Source: Azolla caroliniana (lineage: Eukaryota > Plantae > Polypodiophyta). From it: a stretch of 64,000 nucleotides of DNA. This document shows, in pieces, positions 1-10,748 of the stretch (its first letter is position 1; each line of letters opens with the position of its first letter). The notes beneath the pieces are model-generated. The model worked only from the letters and a program-made list of their open reading frames with translations, made no database searches and was not told the origin of the DNA. Where the stretch lies: contig JBHGNT010000022.1 of NCBI GenBank assembly GCA_043228905.1, positions 11,098,001-11,162,000 on the forward strand, read 5' to 3'. The translations under genes were made by a program, and so were the position numbers.

Positions 1-820
1 TGCTTCTTGCTGGGTCCATCCGGGGGTGTGTTTCTCCAAGATCTGTCGGCGCTTTGTGACCTTTTTCGGCGTCGTCTCCTGCCGACCTCTTTTCTTTTGT
101 GTGATGGGGAGCACCGGTGGGACTAACACCGTTAGCCATTGTGCTATCCCGGCCCATGGCTTTTTTCCTTCCACAAGATTCTTGATGGGCTCCTTCAATC
201 CTTCGGTTATGAAATGGAGCCAGTCTATTTGTAAGCCTTCGTACGCTGCTATTAAGAACGCTGCCCGGTACCTGGCTATGGCCGGGGGGACGAGGATTCA
301 CGAATCCGTATTCCATCATGGCGCGGGCCACTTCTCCGAACAGCAGGTTCTCTCCGCCCTGTGTTCGGTACGCCTTGCTCCTGATAGAGTACTCACCGAA
401 ATATTCGAACAGGATTTCACTTGAAGGGTTTTCAATTGTTTGAAGTCCTCCTGCTTTTATCCCCGTGAGTGCCTGCACCGCTCCTTCCGTGATTTCTGAT
501 AAATCTATCGATGCTGCCGCCTGCTCTGGTTCTGCGTGTGGTGGAGCGTCGGCGATCCGCAACAATCCTTTTAACCCGTTCTCCCTCATCCATTGGCGTG
601 CCTCCTCCGACAGTACCATTGTTTCGAATTCTTCTTCTGCTGCCTGTTGTTCGGGATCGGGCTGTGTGTGCTCTGTGCGTCGGATCGCTCTTCTGTGCTT
701 CTGCGCCTGTATGTAGGAAAATTCGTAAAAAGTGAGTCCTTCGCAGGCCTGTGTATTATATAGTGGCTTTTGCCTCGAGCCGCCCATGTTCGTTTCCCGC
801 GCATGTTCCTCTCCCGCCAT
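1..820 (-). CDS. Additional 3' ORF of the Athila-like element (>273 aa, runs off the window edge), function unknown
   Basis: Manual translation from the ATG at 820: MAGEEHARETNMGG...MVLSEEARQWMRENGLKGLLRIAD...AAYEGLQIDWLHFITEGLKEPI...WTQQEA, with no stop to position 1. It is missing from the ORF track because it has no stop codon in the window. Confidence 0.75.
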   Translation of the reverse strand, partial: MAGEEHARETNMGGSRQKPLYNTQACEGLTFYEFSYIQAQKHRRAIRRTEHTQPDPEQQAAEEEFETMVLSEEARQWMRENGLKGLLRIADAPPHAEPEQAAASIDLSEITEGAVQALTGIKAGGLQTIENPSSEILFEYFGEYSIRSKAYRTQGGENLLFGEVARAMMEYGFVNPRPPGHSQVPGSVLNSSVRRLTNRLAPFHNRRIEGAHQESCGRKKAMGRDSTMANGVSPTGAPHHTKEKRSAGDDAEKGHKAPTDLGETHPRMDPARS

Positions 821-1036
821 AATTAGTATGTCCTTTCTTGTTTGCCGCGTGTGAGTGCCCACGTTCCATGCTTTAAATAGCAAGTATGCGCACATCCTTC
901 TTTAATGCATGGCGCCTCTTCGTTGCATGGTGGCGCTCCCACCTCTTGTGATCCCCCCATCATTACTATGATTCGCGTCGATTTTGCCCACGTCTTCTTT
1001 TTTTTCTTTTTTTTTTCTTTCTTTGTTTGGACCACG

Positions 1037-4000
1037 TCATTTGCTGGTCCCCCCCGATTTGTTCGGGTCGGTTCGTGTGGATATCGGATCCTTCTGTCGG
1101 TTTTCCGGGATAGTCTTTGTCAGTATCAGTGTCGGTTCTTCCTCGGTCCGAATATCTTTAGCAGCGTCTGTCGGTGTCGGTTCCTCATCTTGCCGGATTT
1201 CCGGGTTTTGCTTGAACGGGTTGGCTGGCATATTTCCCTTATACGGCTTTAGCCGAAACCCATTTGCCCACTTGCCGATGACATCTCCAGACAACGTGCC
1301 GAGCTGATACGACCCATTGTACTCCTTGGTGATCCAGAACGGTCCGGTCCACCGAAACCACAACTTTCCCGGCATGTTCCCCATCCGTGTCTGGAATAGT
1401 AGCACCGGTTTCCCGACTTCGAACTCCTTTTCGTTGCCACGCCGGTGTCGGTCCACGAAAGCTTTTCTCCTCCTTTGCTCCAGTTCGAGTTGTAGTAAGC
1501 TGGCTATTCGGTTTTCTTCTAATTCCAACAACGTCGCCAGCCGGATTCGTTCGGACTCGTTCTCACTTAAGCGCTCCTTCACCTGAATCCGTAAGCTGGG
1601 GATCTAGAACTCTACCGGCATGACCGCTTCCAAACCGAATGCTAGTCGGAACGGGGTTGTCCGGATGCTGGTTTTGTACGTTGTTCGGTACGCCCATAGC
1701 GCGCTTTGCAATTTCGTATCCCAGTCGGTCCGGTTCTCGTTGACGATTTTTCGTAGGATGTTCTGCAGAGTTTTGTTCGTTGATTCCGCTAGTCCATTGT
1801 CTTGAGGGTAGTAGGGAGTACTCTTTTTATGTACCACCGCGTAAAATGACGTCAGGCTTTCTACTACCTGCCCGAGAAAATGTCCTCCTTGGTCACTTAT
1901 AAGCTCGATCGGGCATCCATACCGGCACCATATGCACTCGTACAGAAACTTTGCCGTGGACGCGGCCGTGTTGTCCCGTAAGGCCTTTGCTTCTACCCAT
2001 TTGGTGCAATAGTCGGTTGCCACTATGACATACCGATTTCCGGTTCGCATTGTCGGTGGCTTGAAGGGACCGACAAAGTCCAACCCCCACTTTTGAAACG
2101 GTTCCAAAGGCAAGACCGGGTGGTGTGGCATCCGGGCCTGCTCCGTGGGTTGGCCCAGTCGTTGACACAAATCGCATTCTCTGCTATACTTCACGGCATC
2201 TTTTAGGGTGGTGGGCCACCACAGTCCGCTCTGCCATATTTTCCGAGCGGTTGCGTCGCCGGCATAATGCCCGCCGACAATTCCACAGTGGGCTTCCCTG
2301 AGGATTAGATCCTTCTCATCGCTCCGCACTGCTCGTCTCCAGATGCCATCTGCCCCCTTGTGATAGAGGGTGTCTCCAACCAAGCAGAAATGTCTGCTTC
2401 TTACTGCTACCCTTTTCCTTTCATCGCGGTCCATGTTCTCCGGGGGAACTCCGGTGCTCAGGAACTGATGCATCTCAGTTAGCCACGTGTCTTCATCGGC
2501 TACCGTTGCATCCGTTGCCGGTTTCGTCGTGATCCGGAACAACTCGGCGTCGGGGAACTCATCCTGGACGCTGTCCCCTGCTTCTCCGGATTCGAGTCTG
2601 CTTAGGTAGTCCGCTACCGCATGCTGCGCCCCGGGTCGGTGGAAAATGTCGAATTCAAATTCCTGTAACAGCAGTGTCCATCGTGCAATTTTTCCCGTCA
2701 GGGATGCCTTCGAGACCAGGTAGAGTAGTGCCGAATGGTCGACATGGAAGGAAAACTTCCTTCCGAGCAGATAGTGCCTGTACTTTGTGACACTATACAC
2801 CATTCCCAATGCCTCGCGTTCCGTCGTAGAGTAATTCCGTTCGGCTTTTGAGAGTTTCCGGCTTGCGTAGTACACCGGTCGGTACCATTTCGGCTCCGTG
2901 AGTTGCATCAGAACGCTGCCGATTGCTACGTCTGACGCGTCGACGAAGACGTGAAAGCTTTTACTCCAATCCGGCGGTTGCACCACCGGAGCTTGCGACA
3001 ACATAACCTTCAACGCTTGGTAGGCTGCCTCCTCCGTCTCCGCCCATAGGAAGGGTACCCTATGTACGGCGGTATGTAACGGTGTAGCGAAGTCTGCGAG
3101 GTGCCGTATCATCCGGCTATGCCACCTTATTTGGCCCAGGAACCGGCTTAAAGCCTTTGCGTTATTTGGTGCTGGTGCCTCGAGAATCGCCTTGACTTTA
3201 TCCGGATCTACCGCGATTCCTTCCTTACTCACCACGTGCCCTAGTAAGTTGCCGCTTGCCACTCCAAAGACGCACTTGGCCGGGTTCAGGCTCAATCGGT
3301 ACTCGCGGCACTTCTCCAAGCACAGCCGGAGGTGATCGAGATGCTCTCCGTGCCGGCTGTAGACCGCGAAATCGTCAAGGAAGACCTGCATAAAACCGGG
3401 GATCTATTCCCCGAAAATTTCCATTATTATCCTTTGAAAGGTCGCTGGAGCCGTCTTTAGTCCGAACATCATCACGACCGCGACGAACACTCCCCATTCC
3501 GTCACGAACGCTGTCTTCTCCTGGTCGGCCGGGTTCATACGTATTTGGTTGTAGCCGCTAAATCCATCCAGGAAGCTGTAAACTTCGTGGCCGGCTACCG
3601 CATCTAGCACCCCGTCCGTAAATGGTAGTGGAAACGCATCGGTCACTGTTGCGGCATTTAGTTTTCGGTAGTCCACGCATACCCAGATTTTGCCGTTCTT
3701 TTTCGGGACCACCACTATCGGACTCAGCCAGGTTGCCTGCTTGACCGGTCGGATAAATCCGACCCGGAGGAGCTTATCAATTTCCTCCTTCACCTTCGCC
3801 GCATAATTCGGATTCATCCGGTACCTGCGTTGAGCGATCGGTTTCGCGTCCGTACTTAGGTGAATTTGGTGCTGATAGAGCTGGGGGTCCAACCCTCGCA
3901 TGTCTTCGTACGACCACGCAAACACATCCTTGAAGTCTGTTAATAATGCTACCATTGCCTTCTTTTCTTCCTTTGGCAATTCCTTTGCAACATTTACCGG

Positions 4001-6850
4001 TCGGGGCTTGTCTGCTGTGCCGAGGTCCACCTCCTCTAGTTGGCATGCTTTTACCCTCTGGGATATCGTCATTTCCCTCTCTAGGGATTCCTGCGCTTGT
4101 CGCAGTTCCCGGATCGCCGCTTGGTCCGGTTCATCCGGCGTCGTAATGTACGGTTCTACTGCCGCCGTGATATCCACCTCAAATAGTGGGACGATTCGTG
4201 GGTGTTCCTCGAGGTACCGCTCGACTTCCTCGTCCGGTAATCCCTCCAACATGTTAATGCTTTCCGCATACAGTGGAGTTGCTTCCTTACTGGTGATCAC
4301 CCGTGGTTGCGTCGTTACTCGTACCTTTGTTTTCCCTCGCCGGAATGTGATCATGTTCTTTTGCCAGTTCTGCTTGATATGCGCCGTTCGCAGCCATGGT
4401 CGTCCTAACAGTAGGGGGTACGCGCCTTGTACATTCAGCTGCAGCACCACGGCCGATATCCGGAATACGTGGCCTCCGATCGTTACTTCCAAATCCCGGA
4501 TAAGCCCGGTCGGTCGGACTGAGCTGGTATCCGCCATGCGTAACCAGAAGGGGCATGGTTCCCATTCCCGGATGCCCAGGTTGTTGCATGTCTGTCGGCT
4601 GATGACATTTACCCCGGAGCCTCCGTCAATAATCGTTCCAGCAATTTCCTTTCCTTTCACGATTGCCGTGATCGCCGGGCTACTTGTATCGACCACCGTT
4701 GGTCCTTTCTCCGGGTTGGAGAAGAATGCCGGTGCTGGCGTCGGCTTCGATTTGCTCACGGATGCTTGTAAGTCTGCCGTAAACCGTGGCACCAACTGTA
4801 GTAGTCGTGCTAACGGCAACACGATTTGACAGTCCTGTAGCGCTTGCCACGTCAGGTTTTCTCCTGGTTGTATGATTTCTTCGTCTTTTGGCATATTTTG
4901 GTCTCTTACTTCTGCCGCATTCTGTTCATTGGCCTCCTTGATCCATTGTGCCGCTTGTTTTCTGATTGCCTCTTGGGCTTCCCACTCGACGGTCTTTCCC
5001 TTTGACCGGGTTGTGACCTGTTGTACTTCTGTTATTTCGGCTGTAACCATGTTGACTTCCGGCTGCTTGTCATTGGTTTTGCTTGGGCATTGGTTACTAT
5101 AGTGGCCTTCCTTACGGTAGTAATAACAGTACACCTTGTGACTGTTGCTCGTTTCTCCTTTGTCCCCGGTTTGGAGGGTGGGTATGCTCCGGCAGTCGTC
5201 TTCGGTTTTTCGGTTATCCGGTACCGATACCGGGTTGTCATTCCTCGCTGCCTCCCGACGTTCCTCTCTTCGGAAAAATCCACGCTTTTGATTCCGTCGG
5301 AAATTTCGGTTCCCTTGTCGCCTCTCTTCTCTGCGTCGTTCGTATTCCGGGGATTCGTCTCGGTCATACCGGTCCCGGGGGTAGCTATCTCTGCGTCTCT
5401 CCTCTCGGTCATAGTTATCGCGTCTTCTATCAGCGTATCTGTTACCGCGTTCGCGTTGGTAGCGGTCGTCTCTCCGGAATCGATCCTCGTCCGGGTTCTG
5501 ATTGCGCGGTTCTATGTGTCGAACCGGTGCTGCCTGCCGATTTAACAGGTTATATTCGCATCGGTCCGTTGTATGGGCTCGAGAGTTGTAGATCATACAT
5601 TGTGTCCACAGGGTGCAGTCTACTGTTGAGTGCCCCGAATTTAGGCATGTTGTACATTGTAAGGCCTGTCGGAACCTCAAGTCTTCCTCCTTCGGGAGTG
5701 CCCGGTGTAACATCCCCATCGACAAGAAGGGGCTAGTCTTGTCCATTTCTAAAACCCGATCAATAACTTGGTCCATTGTGCTGGTTTGGAAATCAAGGAC
5801 TCCGCACATTGTTCGAAGTGGCTCTTTCAACGTGGCCAAAAAGACTGCTTTGGCTTCGTCTTCGGGTGGCGCTCTTGTCAGTTGGCTGTGCAGGGTCTGA
5901 AACCGAATGATGAATTGTGGCACAATCTCGTTCTCTTCCTGCCGGGTGGTGTAGAACTGCCCGACCAATTCCCTTTGCTCAAATTGTCTGTGAAAAAGCC
6001 TGAGGAATCTGGCCTTCAAGGCATCGAATGTGGCAAAGCTGCCCGGTAAGTGCTTTGCGTGCCATTGGGCCGCCGGTCCTTCTAAGGTTATGCCGAATTC
6101 GGCGACTTTGGATCATTCGGCTTCGGGCTCCGTCAGTCTTTGGGAGACATGGTTGGCTTCCCATGTTTGGAGGAATGCGTACACGTGTGCCTCCGCGTCG
6201 GCCTCATCCCGGTACTTTGGGTATGGGTACGGCATCGTGTCGTCCAACTGACTCTCCTGCTTCCTCCGCTCTCTGTCCGCTGTTGGCGTTGGTGTGAGAA
6301 CCTTTGGTTCCTCCGCGGGTGTTGCCGGTGTCCGGTCCTTTGGTTCCTCCGCGGGTGTTGTCGGTATCCGCTCCTTCGGTTCCTTCGCGGTTGTTGTCGG
6401 TATCCGGTCAGCCTCCCTCGGCGATTGCCGGTCACCGAATTCCAGGGTTATTTCTTCCTCTGGCTCCGGTGTTACTGAGTCTTCCGACCCCTCTTCCTCC
6501 CGGTCGTTTGGTGTGTCGTGGCTGCTTTTATACCGGGACGCAACGCTTCCGTCGCTTTCCGACTCCGCCTCAAGTGTTGCGAATGCTTCCGAGTCCCCGT
6601 CGCCCCCGGTGAGCGTCTGTAGTATCGTTTCCGCCTCTTGCAGGCTTGTTATGCTACTGCCTTCGTCGGGGATTTGCAGAACCCGGAACTGCAGTGCTTC
6701 TTCTGCGACTCTCCGAAGAGTTTTGGAGAATGACCGATCCCGCCGGATCTCGTCGACGGCTTGCTGCAGTGCTTCCCGTCGTTGCTCGCGTTCGGTGTAT
6801 CGTCTCCCTCGTTCGGTGATGTGGTTGTCGTTTGGTCTAGACATCCATCC
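1037..6850 (-). pseudogene. Gag-Pol polyprotein of the Athila-like element, single frame with three in-frame nonsense codons
   Basis: ORFs 6113-6928, 3404-6019, 1604-3391 and 1037-1582 are all in one frame, separated only by stops at 6113, 3404 and 1604. Motifs: zinc knuckles, protease IDGGSG, RT FLDD, RNaseH DAS...YYAS, integrase HHCC and WGLDFVGP. The start position is approximate. Confidence 0.92.
6290..6410 (-). repeat. 36-bp tandem repeat in gag (TPAEEPKDR-type units, about 3 copies)
   Basis: The unit ggttcctccgcgggtgttg recurs at a 36-bp period. Confidence 0.8.
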
Positions 6851-6896
6851 CCCGGTTGTCCTCTGCACTTTGTAGGAATCGTGGTCGCCAAAATAG

Positions 6897-7286
6897 TGTT
6901 GTCTGCCTGGCCGGACTAGCCTCAACACAGGTGTCTATCCGACACTTCTCCAAAGGGGTGGTAAGGATTGGATGCTAGGTTACACACGTAAGATGATTAC
7001 AATTAAGCACCGACGGTAAACAATACGAAGATACAGATAAACACGCAATAATTACTATTGTATTACTTCCGTCAAACCCTTTACAAATCATCGGATCCTT
7101 TTATAGGCATCCGGCAAGGTTACAATCGGTGCGCTTAGGCAACCGACATCCGAATCGGTCCGGATCCGGATCGGTACAACTGTACCGGATCCGTCCCTCC
7201 GAATAATAATTCTACTATTATTTACTTCCTATTATCCGATCCGACTCCGCCTTCCCACTTGTCCTTGCTCTTCTGACCGGCCAACA
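6897..7286 (-). repeat. 5' LTR of the Athila-like element
   Basis: TGTTGG...ACAACA termini on the minus strand, adjacent PBS, TATA-like motif near 7100. Confidence 0.85.
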
Positions 7287-10200
7287 AAGGAATGCCATCT
7301 TCACGTCCAGCTGCTCTACCTCGAGATCCATGCTTGCGGCTATACTCAGCACCGTCCGGATGGAGGTCATCTTTATTACCGGGGCAAATATCTCGTCGAA
7401 GTCCACGCCCTTCTTTTGCTGGAACCCCTTCACCACGATCCTGGCTTTGTATCTCGGGGGGTTGCCGACATCTCCCGGTTTCAACTTGTACACCCACTTG
7501 TTTCGGAGTGCCCTCTTTCCTTTCGGCAACTCCACCAATTCATACGTATGGTTCTCATGCAGGGAATCCATCTCATCCTGCATGACACTTAACCATTTGC
7601 GGCTGTGGGTGTCATCCTTCGCTTCTTCGAAGCTTTTCGGCTCTCCCTCATCAGTCAGCAGCACATGCTCTGCATCTATAAATCTTCGGGGGGCCCTTCT
7701 CTCTCTGAGAGGATATCTCCGTCTTTGGTCTTCAGCAACCGGCTCCACTATTTGATCTTCATCCGAATCCGATTCGGGGTCTTGGCCGGTTCCGGTTTCA
7801 GCTTCCTCTACTTCTTCTTCTGCCAGTTCGGGATCCTCACCGTAACCGGCGGGTTCATCGAGTGCTAACCGGTCTCTTGCCGGTTGGGTCTGCTCATCGT
7901 AGAGACGATCCTTACCGGTCGACTCGGAGTTCATTACCTTCTTCTCCGACTCCCAGTCGGCGAGCGTCTTGTCCTCCATGAAGATAATATCTCGACTCTG
8001 GAATACCTTCCTGTCGACCGGGTCCCACACTCGGTAGCCGAACTCATCGTTGCCATAACCAAGGAATATGCATGGCCGGGTCTTTGGATCTAACTTTCCT
8101 CTCCGGTCCTTAGCTACATGCACGTACGCAAGACACCCGAACACCTTTAGATGCCGGTAGGACACTTCCTTACTGGTCCATACTCTCTGCGGCGTGTCTC
8201 CGTCCAAGGGTATTGAGGGTGATCTGTTTATCACATATGTCGCCGTCGACAGTGCCTCAGCCCAAAACTTCTTGGGTAGTTTTGCATGCGCCAGCATACT
8301 CCGAACCCTCTCCATTATGGTCCGGTTCATCCTCTCGGCCAACCCGTTTAGTTCCGGCGTCTTCGGCATGGTAAATTCGAGTCGGATTCCCTTCGTGCAA
8401 CAATACTTCTCGAACTGCCCCCGGTATTCTCCTCCGTTATCTGCTCGAACCGCCTTCAGCTTCCGGCCGGTTTCTCTTTCCACTCTCGCGTGGAGCTCTT
8501 TGAAGACGGATAACACCTGATCCTTCGTCTTCAACGGTGTGGCCCACAACTTCCGGCTGTGGTCATCTATGAACGTCACGAAGTACTGCGATCCTGCATG
8601 TGACTTCGTGTCCACTTGACACACATCAGTATGCACCAACTCCAGTGGTGCATTACGTCTCATCGGTGGCCTTGGTCGGAAGGAGGTCCGATTTTGCTTA
8701 CTGGCCAGGCAATCAGTGCACTTCTCCAAGTGCACGTTCTTCACTGGAATGAGGTTGTCATCTGCAAGCCTCTTCATCCCCTTCTCGCTCATGTGACACA
8801 GCCTTTTGTGCCATAGCTCACCAGCAGTGTCGGATGCCACGTTCACTTCCTTCGGACATAACCGGGCATTCATCAGGTACAAAGTGTTTACTTTACGAGC
8901 CCGAGCCACAATCAGGCTCCCTTTGCTGAACTTCATAACACCGTTCTGGATGCTACTCGTGTAGCCTTCATCATCTAGCCGATCGGCTGATATCAGGTTC
9001 AGACGAACCTCCAGAACGTGTCGGACATCCTTCAGCAGCAGCTTGCATCCGGTTGGTGTTGTCAGCCACACGTCTCCTATGCCGACAATTCGACATGTAC
9101 CTTCATTCCCCATCCGGACACAGCCGTGATCACCGGTTGAGTAGGATGAGAAGCATTTCCGGTCCGGGGTAAGGTGGAACGACGCTCCGGAGTCGACCAC
9201 CTAGGTCATGTCATCGCCGGCAAGGTTTATCTCACTCTCCTCGGTGATGAGCATCAACTCTTCTTCACTTGCCGCGATTGCCGTCGTTCCCTTCCGGTCC
9301 GTTCCCCTCCGGTCTTTACCATTTCGGTCCGGTGTCCGCTTCGAATCGGTGCTGTCGGTTTCCTTGTCTTTCCGGAAATGCCAACAATTCTTCTGGAGGT
9401 GTCCCAACTTGCTGCAATAGAAGCAAGTAGGCCTCCCCCTTGACTTTGACCGTGTCCCCGACTTTTCCCGGTTCTGGGGACTACGGTTCCTTTGTCTTCC
9501 GCGTTCCAATTCGGTAATGAGCGCTTTGGAGTCGGAGCTCATATCCTTATCTTTCCAACGCACTTCCTCATCTAGCAAGCTCGATTTCACTCTTGCTAGG
9601 GATAACCGTTTCCCTTCCGGCCCGGTGTTGCCCAAGGTGACAACCAACGTCTCCCAGCTATCCGGGAGGGAACCGAGCAGGAGTAGCGCTAGCACCTCAT
9701 TGGCGAGAGGTACTTCCAGTGATGTTGCATGGTGTATCAGCCCCTGGAAGGCATTCATGTGCTCCGCCATGCTGGAGTCGTCATGGTACCGGAGTCTTAC
9801 TAGCTTCTGGAATACCGAAACCTGATTAACAACATTTTTGTTTTGAAACATGATGCTGATCTTCTCCCAGAGCTCATGAGCCTTGCTCTCTTCATTGAAG
9901 TTGTTGTATAGACTCATGTCGATGAAGCACCGTATGTACGCCGTTGTCTTCATGTGCATCACCTCCCATATCGTGGCGTTGATTTTGTCCGGTCTCTTGT
10001 CCCTGAACTGAACCGGCAACCAAAGATCTTTAACCACGAGCATGTCCCTCATCTTCGACTTCCACACCGAATAGTTGGAGCTGGTGAGCTTGAGCATGCC
10101 GCCCAATGAATCGTCCATTTTTCTGTGTTGCCTCGCTTTGATACCACTTTGATAGGAACTACACGCTCCTGATGAACAACGCTCGGCCACAACCGAGTCT

Positions 10201-10717
10201 AAAATCAAACACAGAAAACGGATAGTGAATGCACGACACAAAGGAGAGAAGAGTACACAGGATGTTTAACGTGGAAAACCCTTAGAGGGAAAAACCACGG
10301 GAGTTCACAGACTCCAAACTATCACTATATCACAATGATTACAACATTGAGCTCACGGAGGCAACGACCTCGTGTTCACGATCTTCGCCACAGGCGGCGG
10401 TTACAACAGAGGCAACGACCTCTTACTCTCTCTCCCTCTCTCTATACACTGTTACGCGCTCTCTAGTCTTGCGCCAACAAGAATGACAACAACAACTTCT
10501 AAGTTTGCCCTAAGTCATATTTATACTAATATGACTTTTTGGCTATTTACAAATATAGCCCCGATGGACTCTCAGAAAACATATTTATGAATATGTCCCT
10601 TCATCCGGTGAGAACTTCTCACCGGGTACTCCTCATCTGGTTCTCACCGGGTCTTCCGTTGCCGGGTACTTGTCATCCGGTTCTCACTTCCCATCCGGAG
10701 GGACCTGTTTCCTAACA
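7287..10717 (-). mobile_element. Ty1/copia element A (Tnt1/Tork-like), 5' part, interrupted in RT by the gypsy element
   Basis: 5' LTR 10150-10717 and PBS TGGTATCAAAGC (tRNA-iMet). The gag-PR-INT-RT frame runs from ATG 10118 with one TGG>TAG stop at 9201. Same family as the element at 23582-28199. Confidence 0.93.
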
Positions 10718-10748
10718 TATTGAGATTCAAACTTGAGCTCTTGGATTC
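10718..10748 (-). pseudogene. 31-bp tRNA-Gln remnant (anticodon 3' strand to T arm) between two copia LTRs
   Basis: tattgagattcaaacttgagctcttggattc matches tatcgagatttgaactcgagctcttggattc of the intact tRNA-Gln copies. Confidence 0.75.

Larger units (their letters stand above)
1..7286 (-). mobile_element. Ty3/gypsy non-chromovirus (Athila/Tat-like) LTR retrotransposon, 3' end outside the window, inserted into the RT of a copia element
   Basis: 5' LTR 6897-7286 (TG...CA), then PBS TGGCGACCAC (tRNA-Arg-like) after a short spacer. Domain order is gag-PR-RT-RH-INT. The copia RT reading frame (DVKMAFL) breaks exactly at the LTR boundary 7286/7287. Confidence 0.92.

Noticed and set aside
1604-6115. 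Programmed stop-codon readthrough at the three in-frame stops of the Athila-like polyprotein
   Set aside because: The stops fall inside conserved domains and each is one substitution from a sense codon (CGA, TAC, CAG), which is ordinary decay.
26-6875. Long plus-strand ORFs such as 3900-4829 and 5083-5736
   Set aside because: They are antisense shadows of GC-rich retrotransposon coding sequence with no recognisable motifs.
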